Shown: positions 1 through 8,470 of the stretch, piece after piece
How positions within the stretch are numbered: the first letter of the stretch is position 1
How the letters are laid out: each line of letters starts with the position of its first letter
DNA from: a virus
Virus record (IMG/VR): IMGVR_UViG_3300018481_000019
Coordinates: 29,818-93,817 of that record
Length of the DNA stretch: 64,000 bases
Strand: one strand, 5' to 3'
The notes under the pieces: generated by a model
Seen by the model: only the letters and a program-made list of their open reading frames with translations
Databases searched by the model: none
What the model was told of the DNA's origin: nothing
Made by a program: the position numbers and the translations under genes

Positions 1-5
1 GAGTT

Positions 6-1874
6 TTGAAAAACGAGCAGCGCAAGGTTTTGAAGCCAATGCTCGGTGACAGTCCCAAGCTCCCCCAAGGATTGCTCGCCGCAGGAACCGACTCTCTGGT
101 GATTGGACTAACCCGAGATGGGTTGCTGTGGGAGGACGGGAAGTGGGTCGAGAATGACGAGATGTGGGGAGCCACCACTCCCCTCTCAGCCGATGATGTG
201 GCATTCGTCGCCCGAGCCTTCACTGAGGGCTGCGATTCGGTGTTGTTCCGGCCCTACTTCCCGTTGGCCTGGATTCCAGAAGAGCCGGTGGTTGCCGCTG
301 CGCCGGAGAAGCCCGCGGCTCCGTCGCCTTCCAAGCTCCCGCCGGGAGCCAAGCTGGTTGCCATTGTGGACGATCTGGACAAGAGCGCCGTTTTGGAATT
401 GATTGCTCTCGCGCCGGGGCCGGTACTGCTCCGCCGTCACGACGGCAATTGGTTTGAGGACGACGACTGGCTGATTCCACTGAGGTCGATTGATCCACCA
501 CCCATCGTGGTTTTGGAAAAGGACGTGGGCGACGACGTAATCAAGCAAGTCGATGAATCCACGAAGGGTATGGACTTTGTACCCAAGGTGGTCAAGTCGA
601 AGAAACTTCGTTCGTCGGCCTTCATGGAATTGGACGACACTCTCGGGCAGATCGAAGAGCAGTTGATTCTCCGAGCCGCCGTCACCCCGGAAGGGATCAA
701 GGGAACCGAAAAGCTGAAGCGGTACTGGACCGTGGGCGAAGGTGGACTTTTGAAAATCCGGTGGGGAACACCGGGATCGTGGACCCGTTGCCAGCGGCAT
801 CTCCGCAAATACATCGGGCCGAGAGCCGCCGGTTACTGCACCAATCTCTGTCAGCGAATGGGCGGGTTCGGGGTGGCTTGCCACGTCGGGGTGCGGGGCG
901 ATGCCGCTCCACTGATCGGAGTTGGCACCTACACCCCTGGCATGTTCAAGCTGAAGCCAGAGAAGGGTGGCAGGACTCCCTACGCCCGAGAGGACCGAAA
1001 GACCACCCGGACTCTCAGCGATGCCGAGATAGAGCAGCGTCGGGAAGCGGCACGGAAATCGGCGGAGGCTCGTCGCAAATCAACTTCCGAGAGCCGGTCT
1101 GAGGCATGGCGGAGTTCGTCCTTGTCTCAGAAGGTGAAAATGGCTGCGGCGATAGAACTCGCTGCCATTCGCCGCAAGGAAGAACTGCAATCTCTAATCA
1201 GAGGCACCGACGATCCGCTGAAGCGAGCGCAGTATCAGGGCGAGCTTGACGACATCAACAACATGCTCTCAGCCAAGGACGAATGGCTCCGCAATCAGAG
1301 ATACGACGAACTAAAATTGGCGGACAAGCAGATTGATGATGTTCAGAATCAGTTGGATCGGGTGCGGGAGGGTTTCAAAAGGCAGACCGATTCGCTCACC
1401 GAGCGGAGGAACGCTCTTGATCTTCAGATCGAAGCTGCCCGCAATGCGTCCAGCAAGGGCCGGGAATCCGCCCAAGCTGCCAATGAGCGGGAGCGAGCGG
1501 CAGTCGGTGATCTTCGCTCCGAAGCTGCATCACTGCGAGAGCGGGCGGCGAACACCACTTCTGAGGTTCAGCGAATTCAGTTGATGGATCAGGCGCGACG
1601 GCTCAGTGACGAAGCCGGGGTGAAGGAAGAGGGCATCAAGCGGTACTCGGATGCCAATGCCCAAACCATCGACAAGCTGGTGGCGCAGAGACGCGGGATC
1701 AGCACCCAGATCAGTGACATCAATTCCCAACGGACAAGGAAGGTCGCTGATATGAATGTCAATTTGAAAAAATTGCGGGACAAGCGCTCGGGCCTCACCA
1801 AGCAGTATCAGGATGCCTCCGAGTACCTACGCCGGAGTCGATCTACCGGAGCACCGGGGCAGTTCTTCATATGA
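6..1874 (+). CDS. Phage head-associated protein with actinophage YWT..GEG..KIRWGTPG..RC motif and C-terminal coiled coil (probable start ATG 39)
   Basis: Motif KLKRYWTVGEGGLLKIRWGTPGSWTRCQRHLRKY..GYC recalled from actinophage head/MuF-region proteins; long charged helical C-half; sits upstream of the prohead protease. Confidence 0.5.
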   Translation: MKNEQRKVLKPMLGDSPKLPQGLLAAGTDSLVIGLTRDGLLWEDGKWVENDEMWGATTPLSADDVAFVARAFTEGCDSVLFRPYFPLAWIPEEPVVAAAPEKPAAPSPSKLPPGAKLVAIVDDLDKSAVLELIALAPGPVLLRRHDGNWFEDDDWLIPLRSIDPPPIVVLEKDVGDDVIKQVDESTKGMDFVPKVVKSKKLRSSAFMELDDTLGQIEEQLILRAAVTPEGIKGTEKLKRYWTVGEGGLLKIRWGTPGSWTRCQRHLRKYIGPRAAGYCTNLCQRMGGFGVACHVGVRGDAAPLIGVGTYTPGMFKLKPEKGGRTPYAREDRKTTRTLSDAEIEQRREAARKSAEARRKSTSESRSEAWRSSSLSQKVKMAAAIELAAIRRKEELQSLIRGTDDPLKRAQYQGELDDINNMLSAKDEWLRNQRYDELKLADKQIDDVQNQLDRVREGFKRQTDSLTERRNALDLQIEAARNASSKGRESAQAANERERAAVGDLRSEAASLRERAANTTSEVQRIQLMDQARRLSDEAGVKEEGIKRYSDANAQTIDKLVAQRRGISTQISDINSQRTRKVADMNVNLKKLRDKRSGLTKQYQDASEYLRRSRSTGAPGQFFI

Positions 1875-2311
1875 GCTATTGGCTGCGTTTTGAAAACCAC
1901 CGTGAGCCGGTCGAAGTTGCCAGTGGATACGGTTTCAAGGCACCGAAATCGTGGGGCCGGATGCTCCGAATGGAGGAAGCAGATGATGTATCTGGTGGCG
2001 ATTGCTGCCCCGATTTGGAAAACGATCCCCTGGCGGACCTAGAGCGCCAGCTTCAGGATGAAGAATCCAAGCTCTCGGAGTTGATTGGCTCTACCGCCGA
2101 GATTCAAAAGGAAATCGGGAGGTACGACATCAGGATTCTCACTGCCAGTGGGAAGGACCGGCGGGCCATGCTCGCCAGCGCACGGTTTTTGAAAGTCCAA
2201 CAATTGCACGACATGGAAGCCCGGAACCAGACAGAGATAGACCGTCAGCGAGCAAGGGTCGCCAGTTTGCGAAGGCTACGATCCGAGAAGAGAAAGGACT
2301 TGTCGAAATGA
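1871..2311 (+). CDS. Hypothetical coiled-coil protein
   Basis: ATGA-coupled to genes on both sides; heptad-like charged sequence. Confidence 0.55.
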   Translation: MSYWLRFENHREPVEVASGYGFKAPKSWGRMLRMEEADDVSGGDCCPDLENDPLADLERQLQDEESKLSELIGSTAEIQKEIGRYDIRILTASGKDRRAMLASARFLKVQQLHDMEARNQTEIDRQRARVASLRRLRSEKRKDLSK

Positions 2312-3225
2312 CCGATCTAGCTGGCGAACTTCTGCCAGACGGTGTGTATGAGGGCTATGCCGAATGGGGCATGGTGCGGGAGGACATCGGCGCGATTCTG
2401 GCGGCGGGGTTCCCGGTCAAGCCACCGAAGCAGTGGTTTGAGAATCCCAATTTCATGCGTCTCTCGCCATTGACCGTGGAAGGCTCGGGACAAGTGATGG
2501 GCCACGTCGCATCGTGGAAGCAGTCGCACATCGGCATGAGTGGATCGGTGCGCGCCCCCAAGTCGAAGTCGAAGTACGCCTTTTTTAAGACCGGCGTGGT
2601 GGAGACGGACGATGGTTCGTTCCAAGACGTAGGGCAGATCACTCTCACCGGGGGTCACGCCCCATTGGACGCGACCACCGCCGATGCCGTAGCCCACTAC
2701 GACAACACCGACTCCGCCGTGATGGACGTGAATGTCGGTGAGGATCGGTTCGGAATCTGGGTTGCCGGAGCGCTCCGTCCCAACGTTGACGAGACGAAGC
2801 TGCGAACGATTCGGGCTTCCTCCGTCTCCGGCGACTGGCGACCGATCAACGGTGGCTTGGAACTAGTCGCGGTGTGCGCGGTCAACGTTCCCGGCATTCC
2901 GATCCCCCGAGCCAAGATCGCATCGGGTGTCCCGATTGCCCTGGTTGCCGCCGGAGTGGAGCCGTTGGTCGATCTGGCTCTGGAAGAGAATCTCGGCCTC
3001 AGCATTGATGAAGAGATTCGGGCGGGGCTGAATGAGGTCTACGACCGTCTGGAAGCCATTGAGTCCAGGCCGGACATCACCATGACCGCCGCAGAGCGAC
3101 GTGACGCTATCTCTCAGGCGATCAATGACACCGCCACGGACAGAGAGGCTCGGGCCGAGTCACTCCGTAGGAACGTCCACAGGGACGCTTACGCCGCTTC
3201 TCTGCGGAGCCGAGTCCATTCGTGA
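2308..3225 (+). CDS. Capsid maturation (prohead) protease, actinophage type
   Basis: Motifs PP..WF..P, GHVA.W..HIG, AHYDNT...V.DV.VGED.FGIWVAG, SGDWR...G.LELVAV.AVNVPG.P typical of mycobacteriophage cluster-B-like proteases. Confidence 0.75.
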   Translation: MTDLAGELLPDGVYEGYAEWGMVREDIGAILAAGFPVKPPKQWFENPNFMRLSPLTVEGSGQVMGHVASWKQSHIGMSGSVRAPKSKSKYAFFKTGVVETDDGSFQDVGQITLTGGHAPLDATTADAVAHYDNTDSAVMDVNVGEDRFGIWVAGALRPNVDETKLRTIRASSVSGDWRPINGGLELVAVCAVNVPGIPIPRAKIASGVPIALVAAGVEPLVDLALEENLGLSIDEEIRAGLNEVYDRLEAIESRPDITMTAAERRDAISQAINDTATDREARAESLRRNVHRDAYAASLRSRVHS

Positions 3226-6179
3226 CCCAGAATCGGGCCAGGGCGGTGCCAAGCACCGCTCTGGTCGCTGCTCGCTCATGGGAAGCCGAGCTTCACCCGC
3301 GGGGCCGGGATGGGAAGTTCATCGAAAAGCTCGGCATGGTCAAGCTCTTCGACTTCGTCCATCCCCGCTCTAAGGAACAGATTTCAGAATCGACCGGCGT
3401 AGTCAAGAACATCTTTGGCGGCGACCGCATCATGGTGGAACTACCCGATGGGGTGACGGTCCCGGTCAAGTCCAACCAGATCGAATCGCTTGGCGAGAAG
3501 GCACGACTCACCCTGTATCGGGGTGAAGGCGATCTGGACAATCCGTCGTACTACACGCCGGAGTCAGGGGAAGCAGGGGGATGGTGGACGAGCGACCGTG
3601 ATGCGGCAGACCGATACGCCAAGGGTGTTCCTGGGGGGAAGGTCTACGAAATCGAAGTCGAAGGGTCAGAGGTAGAGCCAAGGGGTGCTCATTACTTCAT
3701 CTCTGACCCGACGGTTCGATCAAGGCGACGATTGACCGACTCCGGCGCTCTTTACCAAAACGAGAATTTCCTAGACACCGTCAAGCAAGTCGATGCCGCC
3801 GAATTCCACAAGGGATTCGCTGAAGCTCGCCAGGGTCGGTACGGAGCCTTCCTTAGTGATTTCGATGAAAGCCACTTCGCTCAGGAAAATGTCGATGTCT
3901 ACTCGGCGTTCGACGGGAAGGTGGGTGCGGCTCTCACTCGCCATGAGGACGGTCGAGTTGAAATCGGTTCCCTCTATGCCTTGGAGGGAGCGCCACCTAA
4001 AGCCGGGATCGACCTACTCCGATATTTACTGGACGAAAAAGGGGTCAATTGGCTCAACAACTTCGATGGGCCACTGACCGATATGTACGAAGCGAACGGG
4101 TTCAAGGTCGATACCTCTGATCCCTGGAACGAAGAGTATGCGCCGGATGGATGGGACTATGAGCGGTTTGACAATCCCGCATACATTACAATGTCCCGTA
4201 AAATGGAAAGACCTGTAAGGGGAGCAGCAAGTGGTAGAAGCATTGACACCGGAACAACTGGAACAGATTCGGACGAGTCTCTACGCCAAGACCGAAGCAC
4301 GGCTCGGCAAGGAATGGGTCGCGTCCCACCAAGAGTTGATGGACGAGCAGTTTCAGATGATGCAGGACTACGGGCTTCTGGACGAAGTCCTCTTGGAGCC
4401 GACGCTCTAACAGCATCGGTCAGAGTGGAGGCGATGCGCGCCTTCGTTCACAATCCGCACACGGTCTTGGTGTCTTTCACCGCCGCTGACTGGAACCCCG
4501 ACCTTCACCCGAGAGGTCACGACGGCAAGTTCATTGAGACGCTTGGCCTGATTCATCTCATTGATATGGCGGGCTTTCGCCACGGTCAGAGGGGCGACAA
4601 GCGGGTCCAGGGTCAAGTCCAAGAAATCATCCCCGACCCTGACGACCCCGGCAACCCGATCATTCGGGTGAAAATGACCGATCCCCGATGGGACGCTTCT
4701 GCATTCGGGGAGACATTCGATGCTCGGAGCTACCAAGTCTCGGCTCGGGAACCGGGCAAAGCGACGATTCCAAAAGAGCCAGTTGTCGATCTAGCGGGCG
4801 AACTGTTGCCTGACGAGCCTCCGTCAGTTACCCCCATAGCGACCGACCTTGTCCCGTCGATCACCGAATCCGACATCGGGGTTGGAATGGCTCTGGCTCC
4901 AATGGCGAAGCCTGGTGGGTGGGACGGGTTGTCGCCAGCGGCAAAGCAATCGTGGATCACGGATCAGATGCAGGCGGACCTCAGTGCGTTTCGGGGAGCG
5001 CCCACAGTTTTCAATTTGGAAAGCACTGATCCTGAAGTCGCATTCAATCTCGCCAACCGATACCGGGAGCTAACCGGCATCGACACGCCGACCGCGCTGT
5101 GGGTCGATGGGGTTGTCACCAACGCATCGGCTCATTTGATGAACGACGAATTGGTCAAGCCGACTTCAGCGATTGCCGTGGCCCATCCCGGCACCAAGCA
5201 CCCTGGCGGCATTGGCCCGATCACGAACCGCAAGGCCATAGTTTTGAATCAAGTTCACTTCCAAGACGACAAGACGTGGGCCAAAGAGAAGGCCATGAGT
5301 TCTGGCGGGTCGTTTCCCTGGTCGGTCGGCTCTACCCAAGGCGATTACACGGCGACGATGGTGCATGAGTTCGGACACCACCGGCAGTTCCGGTATCTGG
5401 CGGAGACGATGCTGGAAGCTGGTCAGCCGTTTTCAAAAGTGAGACATGCCGACGGTTTCGGCCTCATGCCGGATTCTTCTAATTGGCCCGAAGTCCAGGC
5501 GGCCCGGTATGAGATTCAAAAACTGGCTCCCTCTCAGTACGGGTTGAGCAAGTCTTCAGAGGCATTCGCTGAAGTGTGGGCCGGAGTTGTTACCGGCTAC
5601 GTCCCGATTTCACCTGAATTGCAATCTGCGTGGGACTCATGGCATCTCGGAATGGACATTCCCGGTCAGATGCCGCCGACTCGGTACACCCCCGACGAGC
5701 TTGTCGATTATGGATCACTCGCTCCCGAAGAGCTAGATGCGTATTGGGCTGAGGCTTCTGCCCTTTTGGAATTGCCGGGAATGCGTGAGCACTACCCCCA
5801 AACCGCTGCGCTCTACGACTCATGGGCCGCTGGAACGGTCTACGCCGAGTCCGACTTCGGGGAGCCGATTGAGTTCCCGAGCGAGAGCTTGGAACTTGAA
5901 CCAGCGTTGATGCAGGCTCGGTCGGTTCAGGAAATCAAGGCCACCAATTTTTCGGAAGTCGAATCCTTCATACGAGAAGCAGAGAAGACACAGGGCGGCG
6001 CGTGGTCGTTCTTCCCGACATTCGGCTCGGTAGACATAGTGCGAGCAGCAACACCGTCTCAAATTCCTGATGATTATTACAGCCCATCAAGTAACCGAAT
6101 TTTCTACAAGGGCAAGTGGCAGACTTTCACCCCGGCAGCAATTATCCGAGAGCAGAACAGAGGGATGGGGTCCGATTGA
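3222..6179 (+). CDS. Polyvalent virion effector protein: HPR module + ART-like domain + GNAT-like domain + second HPR module + zincin metallopeptidase
   Basis: Two LHPRG.DGKFIE motifs; LYRGE...GWWTSD...A..YA...VYE (ADP-ribosyltransferase-like, ~3510-3720); IGSLY...WLNNFD..LTDMYEANGF...WNEEYAPDGWDY (GNAT-like, ~3790-4195); VHEFGH (5364-5378) followed by SQYG...SEAFAE (zincin). Confidence 0.7.
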   Translation: MTQNRARAVPSTALVAARSWEAELHPRGRDGKFIEKLGMVKLFDFVHPRSKEQISESTGVVKNIFGGDRIMVELPDGVTVPVKSNQIESLGEKARLTLYRGEGDLDNPSYYTPESGEAGGWWTSDRDAADRYAKGVPGGKVYEIEVEGSEVEPRGAHYFISDPTVRSRRRLTDSGALYQNENFLDTVKQVDAAEFHKGFAEARQGRYGAFLSDFDESHFAQENVDVYSAFDGKVGAALTRHEDGRVEIGSLYALEGAPPKAGIDLLRYLLDEKGVNWLNNFDGPLTDMYEANGFKVDTSDPWNEEYAPDGWDYERFDNPAYITMSRKMERPVRGAASGRSIDTGTTGTDSDESLRQDRSTARQGMGRVPPRVDGRAVSDDAGLRASGRSPLGADALTASVRVEAMRAFVHNPHTVLVSFTAADWNPDLHPRGHDGKFIETLGLIHLIDMAGFRHGQRGDKRVQGQVQEIIPDPDDPGNPIIRVKMTDPRWDASAFGETFDARSYQVSAREPGKATIPKEPVVDLAGELLPDEPPSVTPIATDLVPSITESDIGVGMALAPMAKPGGWDGLSPAAKQSWITDQMQADLSAFRGAPTVFNLESTDPEVAFNLANRYRELTGIDTPTALWVDGVVTNASAHLMNDELVKPTSAIAVAHPGTKHPGGIGPITNRKAIVLNQVHFQDDKTWAKEKAMSSGGSFPWSVGSTQGDYTATMVHEFGHHRQFRYLAETMLEAGQPFSKVRHADGFGLMPDSSNWPEVQAARYEIQKLAPSQYGLSKSSEAFAEVWAGVVTGYVPISPELQSAWDSWHLGMDIPGQMPPTRYTPDELVDYGSLAPEELDAYWAEASALLELPGMREHYPQTAALYDSWAAGTVYAESDFGEPIEFPSESLELEPALMQARSVQEIKATNFSEVESFIREAEKTQGGAWSFFPTFGSVDIVRAATPSQIPDDYYSPSSNRIFYKGKWQTFTPAAIIREQNRGMGSD
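4231..4410 (+). CDS. Nested +1-frame 59-aa helical acidic protein, candidate immunity protein
   Basis: AAGGGGAG SD at 4217-4224, GTG 4231, TAA 4408-4410; MVEALTPEQLEQIRTSLYAKTEARLGKEWVASHQELMDEQFQMMQDYGLLDEVLLEPTL; the host frame here is low-complexity linker. Confidence 0.6.
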   Translation: MVEALTPEQLEQIRTSLYAKTEARLGKEWVASHQELMDEQFQMMQDYGLLDEVLLEPTL

Positions 6180-6180
6180 T

Positions 6181-6453
6181 ATGACCAGTGTGCTCACGCC
6201 GATGTGTTACTCCTGCCTTCATCTCCGCACCACGCTCCCCGACGGCAAGCTCCCCTGCGCTGCGTTTCCCTATGGAATCCCTGATGAAATTCTGGACGGG
6301 CAAACCGACCATCGACTGCCGGTGGAGGGCGACGACGGGATTGTCTTTGAGCAAGACCCGGACCTTCCCGAGCCTCCGTTCGATTCCTACCCGTTCGCAC
6401 AGGCGGTTGTCTCGTCGCTTAGGATGCGAGTGCATGGACGGCCAGACCTTTGA
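6181..6453 (+). CDS. Small CxxCxH...C.AFP.GIP..I...DH..P..GD.GI.F protein, probable immunity partner of the upstream metallopeptidase
   Basis: Motif recalled from small genes that follow phage MuF/metallopeptidase toxins; ATG 1 nt after the upstream stop. Confidence 0.55.
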   Translation: MTSVLTPMCYSCLHLRTTLPDGKLPCAAFPYGIPDEILDGQTDHRLPVEGDDGIVFEQDPDLPEPPFDSYPFAQAVVSSLRMRVHGRPDL

Positions 6454-6649
6454 CTTTGGACCGCATAGACACAGACACGCCGACGGAAGAGAGTGCAAAG
6501 GCACCCTCCGGTATTACAGGGTGAAGGAAAAGCTGGTGCTCAGTCAACGGACATCTCATGTGGTTACCACCGTCAGTCAGTTTTCAAATCCCGACCTCAT
6601 GGCCCGATGCGACGAGTGCGGAATCGCGGGCGTACTAGTGGAGCGATAA
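6434..6649 (+). CDS. Small Cys/His hypothetical protein
   Basis: Fills the gap before the lysin; H..C...CxxC. Confidence 0.4.
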   Translation: MDGQTFDFGPHRHRHADGRECKGTLRYYRVKEKLVLSQRTSHVVTTVSQFSNPDLMARCDECGIAGVLVER

Positions 6650-7285
6650 ATGGCGAGCAGCACACAAGTCAGAACGTGGTGGTCGAAGTACCGCTGCCGA
6701 CCGGAGCGATTCGTGAAGGTGGCCTTCCCCGGCGACGGCAAGACGTGGCAACTCTCGGTTGCGTCTGAGTCGGCTCCGATCTGGCGAGCGGTTTCACAGA
6801 TCATGGCGAGCGAGCCGTATCTGTTTTTGGAAAGCGCGGGAGGCACCTACAACTGTCGTCCGCCGAGTCTCCATGCCTATGCCTTGGCTATCGACATCAA
6901 TCCGTCGAAGAACCCGTATCGGAATCCGCCGCGGCACAACTACCCGAGCACCTTCATTTCACGAATGGAGGGAATCAAGGCCAACGGCAAGCAAGCCGTT
7001 CAATGGGGCGGTCGGTGGCCCGCGGGGAATCCGCCAGACACGATGCACTGGCAGATCAACGTCGCACCGGCAGACGTGAAGAATGTCACTTGGGACAAGA
7101 ATGGAGATGAAGATATGGCGAACGGACCCAACGGAGAACCCAATTGGGACGAAGTTTCAGATTGGGCGCAAGCGGCATGGACCGACGCTCACAAAGCGGG
7201 GCTGCTCAATGAGAACTCCCACCCGAGAGACAGCCTGGAAGTCGAGCAGTTGATGGTCTACTTGAATCGGGCCAAGGTCATTTGA
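6650..7285 (+). CDS. Endolysin, M15-family peptidase with short C-terminal SLH-like segment
   Basis: GGTYNCR, SLHAYALAIDIN, WGGRW, DTMHWQ catalytic motifs; C-terminal VSDWAQAAW..A.KAGL. Confidence 0.85.
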   Translation: MASSTQVRTWWSKYRCRPERFVKVAFPGDGKTWQLSVASESAPIWRAVSQIMASEPYLFLESAGGTYNCRPPSLHAYALAIDINPSKNPYRNPPRHNYPSTFISRMEGIKANGKQAVQWGGRWPAGNPPDTMHWQINVAPADVKNVTWDKNGDEDMANGPNGEPNWDEVSDWAQAAWTDAHKAGLLNENSHPRDSLEVEQLMVYLNRAKVI

Positions 7286-7422
7286 ATCCCTGGCTCGCCT
7301 TCGCTCTTGGAATGATCTTGGGCGCGGGCCTGCTCATGGGAATTAGTCTTGCCGTCGCTGCCGGAAGGGGCAGGGAATGGGAGGAAGGCCAGAAACCCCC
7401 CGATGATTCGGGGGGTTTCTGA
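7282..7422 (+). CDS. Small single-pass membrane protein, possible holin
   Basis: TTG overlaps the lysin stop; MNPWLAFALGMILGAGLLMGISLAVAAGRG hydrophobic helix. Confidence 0.4.
   Translation: MNPWLAFALGMILGAGLLMGISLAVAAGRGREWEEGQKPPDDSGGF
7390..7421 (+). terminator. Intrinsic terminator hairpin
   Basis: CAGAAACCCCCCGA-tgat-TCGGGGGGTTTCTG. Confidence 0.65.
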
Positions 7423-7490
7423 TTGGTTTAGGCCGATTGAGCGGCGGGTAGGGTCGGCGGAGTTGTCGCGGCCTCAGAAAAGAGGACGCA

Positions 7491-8441
7491 ATGAGACGAA
7501 CCGTCGCATTCCTTACCGCTGTGTTGGTAGTGATGTTGCTCTCTCTGACGGCTACCGCCCATCATCGACCGTGGCACACCCGCGGCACCACCACCACCAC
7601 AACTACAACTACCCGGCCCACGACTACAACTACCCGGCCCACAACTACAAGTACCACCCCCGCTGGCGCGTGCGACACCACACCCGATGGTGCGCCGAGC
7701 GGAGCATCCGTTCGTGGTCCCGCCACTATCACGACGAGCCAGACCATTTCCAATGTCGTCTTCGACGGCACTCACAGCGATGATTTAGTTCGGGTCTATG
7801 GCTCTCATGTGATTTTCAATCATGTGACATTCAGAGGAACCGGCACCGGCTCCACCGGACATACGGTGGAAGTGAAGCGGGGAGGCTCAGTCGAGATTCG
7901 TAATTCGCTTTGGAATGGTCAGCCCTCAGAAGACTCCATTCAGTTTGGCGGTCCCAATGGCGATCAGCACGCCGGTCACTCGGTAATTCGGTGCAGCACG
8001 ATTGGCGGCGCACCAGACGAAGATCACGCTGATTTCAAAGTGAGCCAACCGGGAGCGGTCGTGGACTTCATCGACAACCGTTTTGCCACGGTGCCGACGG
8101 GGGGAAGGACAATTCAAAACGACGGAAGCGTCGGTAGGCAGAACTTCATCCGCAACACCGGACTGGCAAACGTGCTTTTGGAAAACACCGTCGCTGGCTC
8201 TTTGGTCGGCAACAGCATTGGTCAGTTGTACGTCTACAACGCAAGGGATTGGCTGATTCAAGGGAACACCATCACCCGATTGCAGAACGGTGTAGCCGAT
8301 GGACGCAACCCGAGCGGCATCTTCTACCTAGCGAACACGATCAGTCAGTTCGTGTTTTATGGCGGGTCGTGTTGGGCGACCGGGAACTCGTTGGCCTTAT
8401 CCCAATGCGCGGTCGGCTCCCCTGGTTGGTATCCGAGATAA
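7491..8441 (+). CDS. Secreted right-handed beta-helix (pectate-lyase-like) protein with Thr-rich linker
   Basis: N-terminal signal peptide, poly-Thr linker, repeated I.N..F / I.GN.I beta-helix rungs. Confidence 0.7.
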   Translation: MRRTVAFLTAVLVVMLLSLTATAHHRPWHTRGTTTTTTTTTRPTTTTTRPTTTSTTPAGACDTTPDGAPSGASVRGPATITTSQTISNVVFDGTHSDDLVRVYGSHVIFNHVTFRGTGTGSTGHTVEVKRGGSVEIRNSLWNGQPSEDSIQFGGPNGDQHAGHSVIRCSTIGGAPDEDHADFKVSQPGAVVDFIDNRFATVPTGGRTIQNDGSVGRQNFIRNTGLANVLLENTVAGSLVGNSIGQLYVYNARDWLIQGNTITRLQNGVADGRNPSGIFYLANTISQFVFYGGSCWATGNSLALSQCAVGSPGWYPR

Positions 8442-8470
8442 CAGAAAGCCCCGAAAATCGGGGCTTTCTG
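8442..8470. terminator. Bidirectional terminator between convergent arms
   Basis: CAGAAAGCCCCGA-aaa-TCGGGGCTTTCTG at the +/- convergence. Confidence 0.7.

Noticed and set aside
7585-7660. ACC/ACT tandem repeats (also 45030-45160)
   Set aside because: Simply encode Thr-rich linkers
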